This document shows, piece by piece, positions 36,418 to 45,404 of a stretch of 64,000 nt of DNA. The notes beneath the pieces are model-generated. The model had not been told where the DNA came from, did not search any database, and saw only the letters and a list, made by a program, of their open reading frames with translations. The stretch lies in IMG/VR virus record IMGVR_UViG_3300011577_000001; one strand, written 5' to 3'. A program made the translations under genes and the position numbers. Origin of the DNA: a virus. Lineage: Duplodnaviria; Caudoviricetes. How positions within the stretch are numbered: the stretch's first letter is position 1; each line of letters starts with the position of its first letter.

Positions 36418-37418
36418 AGATCACACTCGATCTGTTTCGAGGTTGTGGTCATCATTGTGCAGGGTGTATGATCGACAAGTCGCTGGGTGGGGACATCTCT
36501 GACATCCCTGACCTGTTGGCGTTGATTAGAGAAATGACTGCGGCAGGGTACGTGGCGTTCGACTTAGGTGTTGGACCTACGGACTACATGACATCAACCA
36601 ACACGCAAGAGGTGATGACGAACACCACTTTCCGTGAGATGGCGCAGTTGTTTCATCAGGTGACGTTTAACGCTGCGTTCTTAGACACTCGCATGGAGAA
36701 CTACGGTGCCATGTGTGTGGACATTGATGTAGCGTGTCCTGATAAACCCATTCGTTTTCTAATTCCGGCTGTACCGTCTCATTTCAAGAATGAGAAGTTC
36801 GGCTTAATGATAAAAGAGAAACTGGAGTACATCCAAGAACACTTGGTGGTGGCCCGTTTGAATGAGGCAGGGTTTGTTGTGACCTGTACTCGAGAAACTG
36901 TAGATGAACGTTTTGAAGAATACTTGGCCAACGGGTTTGAGATTGAATTCCCTGTGGACAAAGATGACATCCTCAACATCCCGTATGGTCGAGCGCCTAA
37001 CCGAGATCTCATGGTCGCGCAGAACGTGCGACGGGTGTCCCACCGGATCAGTTCCTTTTATGCGGGGCTCAGCGGTGAAGACGAAAGAAGACGTAATCCT
37101 GACTTGCATTACGACACTGGTACGATGGTCAATCTGCTATATACTGGTGGCAAGCTTTATTGGGTACCGTTCTTAAAGGACGACTGTCCGTTCCTTGACG
37201 ACGACTTCGTGATCCAGCGCCCCTGGACTATGGAGAACTTACTAACGGTCCGTAACGAGGCTCGTGAGCGCTCTATGGACTACTTAGCCGACACTGGGTG
37301 CATGGCGTGTCCACACTTGAGCAGTTGCATGGAAAAGGGCATCACCAACATCATGCAAAAGCTCTCCATCAAAGATTGTTTAGTAGGACTTGAGCATGAT
37401 TCCGACGCGCATTGCTAA
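36390..37418 (+). CDS. Divergent radical SAM-like protein (rSAM-5)
   Basis: CGHHCAGC (Cx3Cx2C); GPTD in place of GGEP; CMACPHLSSC..C. Confidence 0.7.
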   Translation: MFVRHRQRLEITLDLFRGCGHHCAGCMIDKSLGGDISDIPDLLALIREMTAAGYVAFDLGVGPTDYMTSTNTQEVMTNTTFREMAQLFHQVTFNAAFLDTRMENYGAMCVDIDVACPDKPIRFLIPAVPSHFKNEKFGLMIKEKLEYIQEHLVVARLNEAGFVVTCTRETVDERFEEYLANGFEIEFPVDKDDILNIPYGRAPNRDLMVAQNVRRVSHRISSFYAGLSGEDERRRNPDLHYDTGTMVNLLYTGGKLYWVPFLKDDCPFLDDDFVIQRPWTMENLLTVRNEARERSMDYLADTGCMACPHLSSCMEKGITNIMQKLSIKDCLVGLEHDSDAHC

Positions 37419-38436
37419 ATCACTGAACCTCACCCTGGAAGTTCTCAAAGGGTGTGGTTACAGTTGTCCCGGCTGTACGGTGGAGAAAGACTCAGCCCCG
37501 GTGAACATCTCTGACGCTGACGCGACAGCACTGGTGACGATGGCTGAAGACTTGATCGAGAATGACTTCCGCTTGCTGGAGTTTCGATTGGGTCCGACAG
37601 ACATCACCAGCTCGTCCAATTGGCGAGACGTGTTAGCCCATCCATTGATTCACGGGTTGGCTCAGCACTACCGTGCACTCAACGTGTCATTGACCATGCT
37701 CAGTGATCGAGGACTGGAAGAGTTGGCAGCCGACATAGACCCCTTGATGGCGGGAAAGAAACTCAGTGTCTCAATCCCGATGGCGTTAAAGCAAACCTCG
37801 AATCAAAAATACCTCGGGGAGTTACGTAAGCGTATTCTGTACTTTAAGAGTCTGTTTAAGGAAACCGACTTTAACCGCGTTTATGCAAACTTCAACTTGA
37901 TTGATGACAACATCACTCATTTAAACGAAGGGACGTACCAAGCAGCCCACACATTAGACTTGGGCGTCCCTGTCTTCTCGGAGTTCCCGTTTCCACACAC
38001 CCGTAAAGGGATGGGGAACCTGTTGGTACTCAACCAACTGAACCGCGACTTGTACACCTTCTCAGAGTTTCTCAAGGCCCAAGTGAACACGAAGATCTAC
38101 CGCCCGTTGATCCCGAACGTGGTGGATGGCTTTGAGTTTGTCTACCGCAGCGGTGTGTTGTATCACGCCCCAGTGGTGTCAGAGAACCTCCCGATCTTTG
38201 AGTCAGGCTTTGAACTCGCCCGACCATGGAATGCAGAGTCAGTGTTAGGGTTTCGGGAGCAGGGTTACTACGAAGACTTAGTGGCGCTAGCTGAGCATCC
38301 TGAGTGTGGTAGTTGCTGTTTCTTGGACTACTGTTCTCGTGGGTCAGTGAAGCCTTTGATGGACTTGCTAGGGCGTGCAGATTGCCTAACGGGTTTGCGT
38401 AACCGTTGGGACCTCCAACTACACCGACAGGATTAA
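37396..38436 (+). CDS. Divergent radical SAM-like protein (rSAM-6), paralog of rSAM-5
   Basis: CGYSCPGC; GPTD; CGSCCFLDYC..C. Confidence 0.7.
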   Translation: MIPTRIAKSLNLTLEVLKGCGYSCPGCTVEKDSAPVNISDADATALVTMAEDLIENDFRLLEFRLGPTDITSSSNWRDVLAHPLIHGLAQHYRALNVSLTMLSDRGLEELAADIDPLMAGKKLSVSIPMALKQTSNQKYLGELRKRILYFKSLFKETDFNRVYANFNLIDDNITHLNEGTYQAAHTLDLGVPVFSEFPFPHTRKGMGNLLVLNQLNRDLYTFSEFLKAQVNTKIYRPLIPNVVDGFEFVYRSGVLYHAPVVSENLPIFESGFELARPWNAESVLGFREQGYYEDLVALAEHPECGSCCFLDYCSRGSVKPLMDLLGRADCLTGLRNRWDLQLHRQD

Positions 38437-38440
38437 CAAC

Positions 38441-38914
38441 GTGGATATAGTGATCATAGACGACGTCGAGTTCAGCGACGAGTTGATGGCGATCTGCATG
38501 TGTCAACAGAACAAAGCGTACGTGGATGAACCGGAGATCAGTGCTTTCATTGATGCGGTGATTCTACCCCACGTTAAGCGTCACGCCAATGCACACCCGG
38601 ACATCTATGCACAGGCGTCTCACGTACACATCAGTGACCTCGGGCTGGAACCACACACCCACGAACCGTACTCATTGGTGGCGGTGTTGTACTTCTTCGA
38701 CTCACAAGGCGAACTGGTCATTACCGATGGCTCACATCCGAACATACAGCCCCGTAGAGGCCGTTTGGTGTTGATGGGCGGGACTACATCGCATTACGTC
38801 ATTCCGTCAACTGGGCGTGAACTCAGGATGTCGCTGGTGACGAACTTCCACCACGAACAAGTGCAACCGTTTCCTGAAACCAAAGAGGTCTCGGGGAAAA
38901 TCGCGTACACCTAA
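38441..38914 (+). CDS. 2OG-Fe(II) oxygenase superfamily protein
   Basis: PHTH, AVLYF, PRRGRLVLM, SHYV, RMSL (RxS 2OG-binding motif). Confidence 0.75.
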   Translation: MDIVIIDDVEFSDELMAICMCQQNKAYVDEPEISAFIDAVILPHVKRHANAHPDIYAQASHVHISDLGLEPHTHEPYSLVAVLYFFDSQGELVITDGSHPNIQPRRGRLVLMGGTTSHYVIPSTGRELRMSLVTNFHHEQVQPFPETKEVSGKIAYT

Positions 38915-38924
38915 GGATACCCGT

Positions 38925-39482
38925 ATGGATTACTTGGCACCGTGGCCAACCGTGATTGGTGTCACGAACATTGCTGGTCAGATTGACTTGGACTGTTTGT
39001 CCGATGAAGTCTTTAACCTGAACCTGTTGACCAAAGGTGAAGACGCCAGTCAACAGTGGGTAACCCACGAAGCGGTTCCGTTGATCATGCAGTTGCGTGA
39101 CGAGATCATCAACCCGCTGGTGGAACAGTACTCGCTGGAGCAATGGGAATACCCGTTGTCAGGCTACCGGGTGGAAACCAACGCAAAGTGGATTCCAGAA
39201 GGTGAAGGACTGTATCCCCATCTACATCCGGGCAGTAACCTTTCGGCGATCATCTACCCGAAAGACTCACCGTCGGGTATCACGTTGTTTGACCCTCGGA
39301 TGAACGCCTCCCGTGGCTACCCCAAACCGATTCGTCGGGGCTACATGAAACCGGTCACGATCTCACCCAAAGCCGGTGACGTTCTGATCATCCCAAGCTA
39401 CATCCAACACAGTGTCTCTTATGTGAAAGAGGAAGTGCGGTTGTCACTGCTCTTTGAGTATTACTTCGCAGGAGAGGTCTGA
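38925..39482 (+). CDS. 2OG-Fe(II) oxygenase superfamily protein
   Basis: PHLHPGSNLSAIIY, DPR, PKAGDVLIIPSYIQHSV, RLSL. Confidence 0.85.
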   Translation: MDYLAPWPTVIGVTNIAGQIDLDCLSDEVFNLNLLTKGEDASQQWVTHEAVPLIMQLRDEIINPLVEQYSLEQWEYPLSGYRVETNAKWIPEGEGLYPHLHPGSNLSAIIYPKDSPSGITLFDPRMNASRGYPKPIRRGYMKPVTISPKAGDVLIIPSYIQHSVSYVKEEVRLSLLFEYYFAGEV

Positions 39483-39919
39483 TGGCAGAACCCGAATACA
39501 AACAGTACCAACGACTGTACAACCAGTTGGTCACTGAACACACGGACGACTTCAGTTTAATGGAGTACGTCGAATCTCCTGAGATTGTGCAGAACGCTTT
39601 ACACTACTTCAAAGGGCAGTTCTTCCCGTTGATCTATCCGGCGAAGTCCTACGCTGTGGCAGTGATCTACGCGTACCTTATCTTCAAAGAGTATGGGATT
39701 CCAATCCGCGACACCTTGATGGACGACGACCTGTTCTTGGGTCAGGACGAGTACTTCGTTCCTTACTACAAAGACTCGGCGTCTTACGAACAGATCTTGG
39801 CTGCGCTGGATTACATGCCGAACTGGATCACGCTTGGTTGGGCTCCGAAAACGGCAGAGTACTTCCGACTGGAGTGCACGGCGGCGGGGATCGAAGAAGT
39901 CATGAACAACCTTACCTGA
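39482..39919 (+). CDS. Hypothetical protein of the rSAM cluster
   Basis: TGATG coupling; 145 aa, Tyr-rich and acidic. Confidence 0.75.
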   Translation: MAEPEYKQYQRLYNQLVTEHTDDFSLMEYVESPEIVQNALHYFKGQFFPLIYPAKSYAVAVIYAYLIFKEYGIPIRDTLMDDDLFLGQDEYFVPYYKDSASYEQILAALDYMPNWITLGWAPKTAEYFRLECTAAGIEEVMNNLT

Positions 39920-39929
39920 GTACCTACCC

Positions 39930-40484
39930 ATGGAACTGATTCAACCTTGGAACACGTCGATCCTCAAAGCGAACGTGACCCACTTGGTCAACGTCGAAGC
40001 CATTGCGGCTGAGATCCTGACCCTTCACAGCTTGTCTCCTCAAGAGTCTCGGACAGCGTACAAAGTGACGCCGGAAGAGTTCCCCAAACTGTGCGACTTC
40101 CGTGACCGCGTGGTAACTGGTCTGGTGAAAGAGTACCTCAAGCAAACCATGAACTTCACCCTGACCGAGTTCACCGTCGATACGTTCGGTAAGTGGTTTG
40201 TCAAAGGTTCTGACCTTGCACCCCACACCCACGGCAACAGTGGCATCACCAGTATCTTCTATCCAGAAGACTACGAGTCAGGGATGAGCATCTTTGACCC
40301 GCGCGGTAATGCTTCGCGTGGCTACCCTCGAGCGATTCGTGACGAGCACTTTGCTCCGTACCACGTCTTCCCAAAGGCGGGTGACCTATACATCTTCCCG
40401 GCGTTCTTACAACACTACGTTCCAACCGTCAAAGATGACCTGCGTCTGTCGTTGATCAACGACTTCATGTTCGTTGGGATCTAA
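39930..40484 (+). CDS. 2OG-Fe(II) oxygenase superfamily protein, paralog of 38925
   Basis: PHTHGNSGITSIFY, DPRGNASRGYP, PKAGDLYIFPAFLQHYV, RLSL. Confidence 0.85.
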   Translation: MELIQPWNTSILKANVTHLVNVEAIAAEILTLHSLSPQESRTAYKVTPEEFPKLCDFRDRVVTGLVKEYLKQTMNFTLTEFTVDTFGKWFVKGSDLAPHTHGNSGITSIFYPEDYESGMSIFDPRGNASRGYPRAIRDEHFAPYHVFPKAGDLYIFPAFLQHYVPTVKDDLRLSLINDFMFVGI

Positions 40485-40486
40485 AG

Positions 40487-40514
40487 AGGAGGGCTTCGGC
40501 CCTCCTTTATGCCG
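40487..40514 (+). terminator. Hairpin closing the rSAM/oxygenase operon
   Basis: AGGAGGGC-TTCG-GCCCTCCT-TTATGCCG. Confidence 0.8.
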
Positions 40515-40540
40515 CCATCTTATGTAGACTTTCAACCGGT

Positions 40541-41230
40541 ATGGGGACTATTATGTACCAGGTAACCGATCGTAGTGCGATCAAGAAGACGCAACAGAAG
40601 CTTAAGGACCTCGGCTTCTATGAAGGTAAAGTAGACGGGATTTGGGGTCCCCTGTCACAAGCGGCTTTAGAAGCCTCGCGAGGTGAGAAAGTGGTTAGCC
40701 CTACCTTCGACACTACCCGGATTATCTGGGGTAAGAAAGTGTCCAAAGAGTTCATCCTGAAAGTACGTATGATCGCCCAGAAGCTGTTGATGCCTTCCGA
40801 AGGCTCCAACTGGCTGATGGCGTGCATGGCTTTCGAAACGGGTGAGACGTTCTCCCCGACCATCAAGAATGGTGCTGGTGCTCCGTACTACGGTTTGATC
40901 CAGTTCGGTGACGCTGCTGCCAAAGACGCCGGTACTACCGTTCCTGCGTTGCTCAAGATGACCGCCGAGGAACAGCTTGACTACGTGTACAACTTCTTCA
41001 AGCCGTACGCGGGCAAACTGAATACCCTGAGCGATTGCTACATGAGAATACTCTGGCCTGCCGCTGTCGGCAAACCAGAAGACTTTGTAGTGTTCGATCA
41101 GAAAGTGCGTCCAACGGCGTACGTTCAGAACAAAGGTCTGGACATCAACAAAGACGGTAAAGTCACCAAGGCTGAATGTGCAGCCAAGGTCCAACAGAAA
41201 TACGAACGTGGGCAGCAGTTCATCCTTTAA
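40541..41230 (+). CDS. Modular endolysin (peptidoglycan-binding domain plus lysozyme/SLT-like domain)
   Basis: QQKLKDLGFY.GKVDGIWGPLSQAAL; MAFETG..GLIQF catalytic region; start 40541 or 40553. Confidence 0.85.
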   Translation: MGTIMYQVTDRSAIKKTQQKLKDLGFYEGKVDGIWGPLSQAALEASRGEKVVSPTFDTTRIIWGKKVSKEFILKVRMIAQKLLMPSEGSNWLMACMAFETGETFSPTIKNGAGAPYYGLIQFGDAAAKDAGTTVPALLKMTAEEQLDYVYNFFKPYAGKLNTLSDCYMRILWPAAVGKPEDFVVFDQKVRPTAYVQNKGLDINKDGKVTKAECAAKVQQKYERGQQFIL

Positions 41231-41239
41231 GGAAATGTC

Positions 41240-42796
41240 ATGGGTGCATTAGCGAGTTACTTCCCTTCTATGGAAGCGGAATTGCAAGACCCCGAGGACT
41301 TCCTGGGTGCTGGTGCGTTGGTCGAAGATCGTGTAGCTTCGGAGCGTGCTGACAATGACGTTCAAGAACTGACTGAAATTCACGCGTCCTTAGAAGCTTT
41401 GTCGGCCTCGATGGAAGCTGACCTTAAAGCAGATCCTTTCACTCCAGTGTTCATTAACCATGCGCTGGATGCAGTGGGTCGTCGTACTGGCCTGCGCCTA
41501 CCTACCGCTTCATTGGAAGACGCTACAGTCTCCATGGAAGGTTTGGGTGGAGCAATCAAGGCCATCTGGGACGCAATCGTTAAAGCCGTTAAGGCTGCGG
41601 TTGCTGCGGTTGCCAACTTCTTCCGACGGATCTTTGAACTGGTCGCTGGTAAGAAGAAGCGCATCGAAGTCAACTTCGAGAAAGCTAAGAAGGCAGGCGA
41701 TGTCACTCCTTCAAAGCTGGCCGACACCAACAACTTGAGCAAGTTGGCTGATGCTGATGTCCAAGCCATCGCCAAGAAGCTCAAGAAGCCAGAGCTGGCT
41801 AAGTGTCGTAAAGACCAACTCGTTGCGTTAACTGCGGCTGCCGCTACTGTTGTCGATCGCGCCAACATCTTGGACGGTCACGACACTATCGTCAAAGAAG
41901 AAGTCGTTTACAAGAACGAAAGCTTCACCGTAGTGCGTCGTGAGGATGTCAAGCGAGCCAAGTACGTTAAGCTGTGTCAAGCGGGGAATGACTTCATCTC
42001 GCATGCAAGCTTGGCTAAAGTGTCTCTGCGTAAGCTCCAAGACAACCGTTGCGAGATCAACATCACCGACCTGACTGAGCTGGTATGGGAAACTCTCTAC
42101 CGTGGGAAGATGTCGCGTGAAGCGGGCGCTGAGATCGCTAAGTTGGTGGTTAGCGTTTCCAAGTGGGCGGTCGAAGGTCTCAAGCCGTACTTCGAGAATG
42201 GAGGTAAACGACTGGAGGAGTGGGAGGGTAACGCCGAACATGACTTCAATAACCAACTGTTCTTACAGATGGAAGCCTTCCATACCCAGTTCCGTAAATT
42301 CCGTAGCGAAGATGGTCGCATTCCTGCTGGTCGTCGTGTTCGTACTTTCGGTCCTGGTAAAGATATCTCGATGGTCTACGCTGGACGTGATGACCGACCT
42401 TCGTTGAGCGAGTTCACTGAACACGATGTGGTCATGGAACTGCCGACATTCAGTAGCGCTAAGAAAGCCTCTGACGGTGTGACTTCCTTGTTGGTGCTGA
42501 ACACGCAGAAGAACCTGCTGGTCGATATCAACAATGGTTTCAACCAGGCCATCGATATCTGGGATAAAGCGCTTGAGTGGCTGTCAACCCAGAAGTTGGG
42601 CAATCAGTACACGTTCGTGTCTCAGTACTTCACGTTCTACACCAATGTGATCGTGACCCACACCCAAAACTACTTCAACGCTTTCATGCGCTCGCAGTTG
42701 GCAATGGAAGGGACTGTGGTTGGTTGGGGCGACATGCTCTCTGGTGCGATGGCCCGCTTGGCTGATGCTAAGAACCTCGTAGAAGAGTTCGCCTAA
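41240..42796 (+). CDS. Probable internal head protein (phiKZ-type paralog family)
   Basis: Acidic N-terminus with several SME/SLE sites, then SMEGLGGAIKAIWDAIVKAVK amphipathic helix. Confidence 0.7.
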   Translation: MGALASYFPSMEAELQDPEDFLGAGALVEDRVASERADNDVQELTEIHASLEALSASMEADLKADPFTPVFINHALDAVGRRTGLRLPTASLEDATVSMEGLGGAIKAIWDAIVKAVKAAVAAVANFFRRIFELVAGKKKRIEVNFEKAKKAGDVTPSKLADTNNLSKLADADVQAIAKKLKKPELAKCRKDQLVALTAAAATVVDRANILDGHDTIVKEEVVYKNESFTVVRREDVKRAKYVKLCQAGNDFISHASLAKVSLRKLQDNRCEINITDLTELVWETLYRGKMSREAGAEIAKLVVSVSKWAVEGLKPYFENGGKRLEEWEGNAEHDFNNQLFLQMEAFHTQFRKFRSEDGRIPAGRRVRTFGPGKDISMVYAGRDDRPSLSEFTEHDVVMELPTFSSAKKASDGVTSLLVLNTQKNLLVDINNGFNQAIDIWDKALEWLSTQKLGNQYTFVSQYFTFYTNVIVTHTQNYFNAFMRSQLAMEGTVVGWGDMLSGAMARLADAKNLVEEFA

Positions 42797-42800
42797 CAGG

Positions 42801-42838
42801 CGGCATAAGGGGAGGGCCGAAGCCCTCCCGTTTATGCC
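42801..42838. terminator. Bidirectional hairpin
   Basis: CGGCATAAGGGGAGGGC-CGAA-GCCCTCCCGTTTATGCC. Confidence 0.75.
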
Positions 42839-43242
42839 CCGTTCATACCGAGCAACAGCTTGACAAATTCCCAGCCAGTCTGTAACACGCTATCTAAGGT
42901 CTCCTTGTCCCAAGTCCCAAGTTCGGTATCCCAGCTTGCGAGCACACCAATCACCACCATAGCCAACCCACCCACGACACCAACGGTCTTGAGCACGTTC
43001 ACCCCACGGGATGAGCTTGATTCGACGCCTTCTAAGTTACCGATGTCCATCGTGAGAATAGCGATCTGGACAGAGTCTTCCATCGCTACAATCTTTTCCA
43101 TGACCCCGGAACCGGTGTCAGTCAAAGCAACTTTCTTGTCAGCGGGGAGATGGAAGTTGCAGATCTGCGCAACCATACTACCCCACGAATAGGTACCAAG
43201 AGTTTGGTTACCGATGGTACCCAGAGCACCTCCGATGTTCAT
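42832..43242 (-). CDS. Membrane protein, holin/antiholin candidate
   Basis: TM helix VGVVGGLAMVVIGVLA; coupled to the spanin pair. Confidence 0.5.
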   Translation of the reverse strand: MNIGGALGTIGNQTLGTYSWGSMVAQICNFHLPADKKVALTDTGSGVMEKIVAMEDSVQIAILTMDIGNLEGVESSSSRGVNVLKTVGVVGGLAMVVIGVLASWDTELGTWDKETLDSVLQTGWEFVKLLLGMNGA

Positions 43243-43598
43243 TTCGCTTTCCCCTTCTTAGCGATGCGTGCTTTCGTGTCGGCGATCCACTGATTCAGGT
43301 CTCTGGTACGGATGTTACATGAATTGACATTAGCTGTCTGAACCATGTACAGTAGCCCTAATACTTTCAACCGTTCTTCAACCGATAGCTTCAAGAAAGC
43401 TTCCTTGGAAGGAGGAGGCGCGACTGAACTTAAAACCAACAGCTCACTTGGTGGATTTGGGAACGTTTCCCGTACCTCGTACACCGTTACGGTACGAGTC
43501 CCACATGCCGTCAATGACGACATTAGAAACGCTATCCACAACACCCGGCAAGCCAAGGGTTCCAACAGGCGCTTCTTGAAGCAGAGTGGTAACTTCAT
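43239..43598 (-). CDS. o-spanin (Rz1-like lipoprotein)
   Basis: Signal peptide with lipobox LTAC, Pro-rich PNPPSELL..APPP; overlaps the i-spanin 3' end in another frame. Confidence 0.75.
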   Translation of the reverse strand: MKLPLCFKKRLLEPLACRVLWIAFLMSSLTACGTRTVTVYEVRETFPNPPSELLVLSSVAPPPSKEAFLKLSVEERLKVLGLLYMVQTANVNSCNIRTRDLNQWIADTKARIAKKGKAK

Positions 43599-43881
43599 GT
43601 TGCACCTTTTCTCTTGCGACCGCCTGCGCCACGTCTTGCTCTCCCTGAGCTTTACCGTGATCACTTGCGGCCTTGGTATCGATCTGAGTTTGCTCCTTCA
43701 AACCCTCGACCTCACCTTCCAGCCGCTCCCGAGTCTGCTTAAGTTCTTTGACCTCTTTACGGGCCTCGGAAAGGTTTTTCTCCGTATTGGAATGTTTCCA
43801 ATACAGTCCACCTAAAACTATAGCAACCAGAAGCGTTTGGAGGATGTACTTCTTAAACACTTCACCGATAATCGTCAGCAT
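43444..43881 (-). CDS. i-spanin (Rz-like)
   Basis: N-terminal TM helix then coiled coil; overlapped by the lipoprotein gene. Confidence 0.75.
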   Translation of the reverse strand: MLTIIGEVFKKYILQTLLVAIVLGGLYWKHSNTEKNLSEARKEVKELKQTRERLEGEVEGLKEQTQIDTKAASDHGKAQGEQDVAQAVAREKVQHEVTTLLQEAPVGTLGLPGVVDSVSNVVIDGMWDSYRNGVRGTGNVPKSTK

Positions 43882-44471
43882 AGCACTCCACCCCCACGTA
43901 ACCAATTGATCAACGCAAGGATCTTGTAGTACCCAACCGCGATAGCGTCAGTGGAGTGTTCATCCAGATCTTCGATTCTCTTCCCTGATTCATTACGGTA
44001 GTTGGGCAATCGCAAGATCCCTTGCTGCACCTCTACTTTGTTCTTACTTTTACCAGGTACCCCGACCGCAATCTTGGCAGAGGGAGGGTCAACTGTATCG
44101 AGGGGCATGTTGATGTCGTAGTTCAAGAGTGCTCGGCGTATGAACACCTTGCACTCCACCAACGCCTCGAAGGCCTGAGGGAACCGTCCCAAGAAAGGAG
44201 ATTCGCAAATCACGCCGTGTGGACACCAAAAACGGAACCAGTTAATCAGTTCCATTTCGTGGGAATGTAGCTTAGCCCAGCGGGGACCGTGAGTGTCGAT
44301 GACATCAGGGTACATCCGACTGTTCTTTTCACCACGAAGGGTGTTTGCATCGCGCAGGATGACCTCCCCGGTGAAGAGGTCCAGATCCTGCACAGCAGTA
44401 CCCAGGGTATCGGTCCCTGGGTCAATCGAGTTTACCCGATAGTATCGGCTCTGCTCTGGGATAAACAACAT
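43875..44471 (-). CDS. ruvC: RuvC-like Holliday junction resolvase
   Basis: SIDPGT, VICESPF, PPSAK.AVG.PGKSKNK, DEHSTDAIAVG. Confidence 0.85.
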   Translation of the reverse strand: MLFIPEQSRYYRVNSIDPGTDTLGTAVQDLDLFTGEVILRDANTLRGEKNSRMYPDVIDTHGPRWAKLHSHEMELINWFRFWCPHGVICESPFLGRFPQAFEALVECKVFIRRALLNYDINMPLDTVDPPSAKIAVGVPGKSKNKVEVQQGILRLPNYRNESGKRIEDLDEHSTDAIAVGYYKILALINWLRGGGVLC

Positions 44472-44476
44472 AACCG

Positions 44477-45343
44477 TTAACCGTTATTGGCACTCACGTA
44501 GTTGGAGTCCGACAGCAGAGGCTCGGTAGCACCCAGTTCGATGTCCTGAGTGAAGCCTTTGTTGGTGAACGCCACGGAGTGGTGGGTGGTGATGAAGCTG
44601 GCGATCTGGGCACAGATCACTTCCTTCATGTTGAAGGTGGTGTTACCCGGACCTTGTACCTGTGCGTTTCTATCTACACCAGATACCATACCGATTTCAG
44701 AAATTACGGCGTAGGCTTCGTTGTCGTAGAGGATGCGGCAGGCGTTGATCAGTTCCAGCACGTCCTCGGCAGTAAACACGAGGGTGAGGATCTGGGAGGT
44801 CGACAGGTAGTCGCCGGAGGTGGTGATCACACCGGTGTTCGACATGGCTGGCGGCTGTGGGTTCAGGTTCGCCAGAGTCGGTACGTAGTCTTCGGTTTCC
44901 TTCTGGGAACCGTTGACGATGGTGTGGGTAATCGCTGGCGCAGTGTTCGCCATCGAAATACGCTTGAGGTAGTACGCGAAGTAGTTCACGCCACCGATGT
45001 TGACCAGCTTACGCAGACCGTAACGCTGACGGGCTACTGGGTCGAGGTCGTTGTCTACACGACGCAGAACGAACGGCAGTTGGCGATACAGAGCCGCGTC
45101 CCACGCACGGTGAGGGATCGGACTGGTGTACTGCGCACCATCGGCACCCACCATGTTCTTGTGGCCACCGTTACCAATGCAGTAATACTGCATCGCAGGA
45201 CGCTCAGCATCACCGAGCTTTTCATCAACGAGAATACCATGCTTCTCGTTCAGGGTGCTGTGTTCCAGAATGGTTGGTTTCTGGCCCAGCAGCAAAGAGG
45301 TTTGCAGCGATGAACCCCAGATGCTCCGGGTGATAGTCTTCAT
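44477..45343 (-). CDS. Probable virion structural (baseplate) protein
   Basis: From MKTIT; YYCIGNGGH, LPFVLR and ISEIG blocks recalled as typical of phiKZ-like structural proteins. Confidence 0.65.
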   Translation of the reverse strand: MKTITRSIWGSSLQTSLLLGQKPTILEHSTLNEKHGILVDEKLGDAERPAMQYYCIGNGGHKNMVGADGAQYTSPIPHRAWDAALYRQLPFVLRRVDNDLDPVARQRYGLRKLVNIGGVNYFAYYLKRISMANTAPAITHTIVNGSQKETEDYVPTLANLNPQPPAMSNTGVITTSGDYLSTSQILTLVFTAEDVLELINACRILYDNEAYAVISEIGMVSGVDRNAQVQGPGNTTFNMKEVICAQIASFITTHHSVAFTNKGFTQDIELGATEPLLSDSNYVSANNG

Positions 45344-45404
45344 AGATGTGTTCCTGTGGATAGTTGCTAGACCAAGCGTACGTAAGCCAATACACAATAT
45401 ACGG

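Noticed and set aside
29836-38436. rSAM genes as 7-deazaguanine DNA modification (QueE), NrdG activase or cofactor synthesis (MoaA, PqqE, NirJ)
   Set aside because: No queC/queD/folE/dpdA, nrdD or cofactor partners in the window; Cys-rich tails and the adjacent repeat protein fit peptide modification better. Not excluded experimentally.
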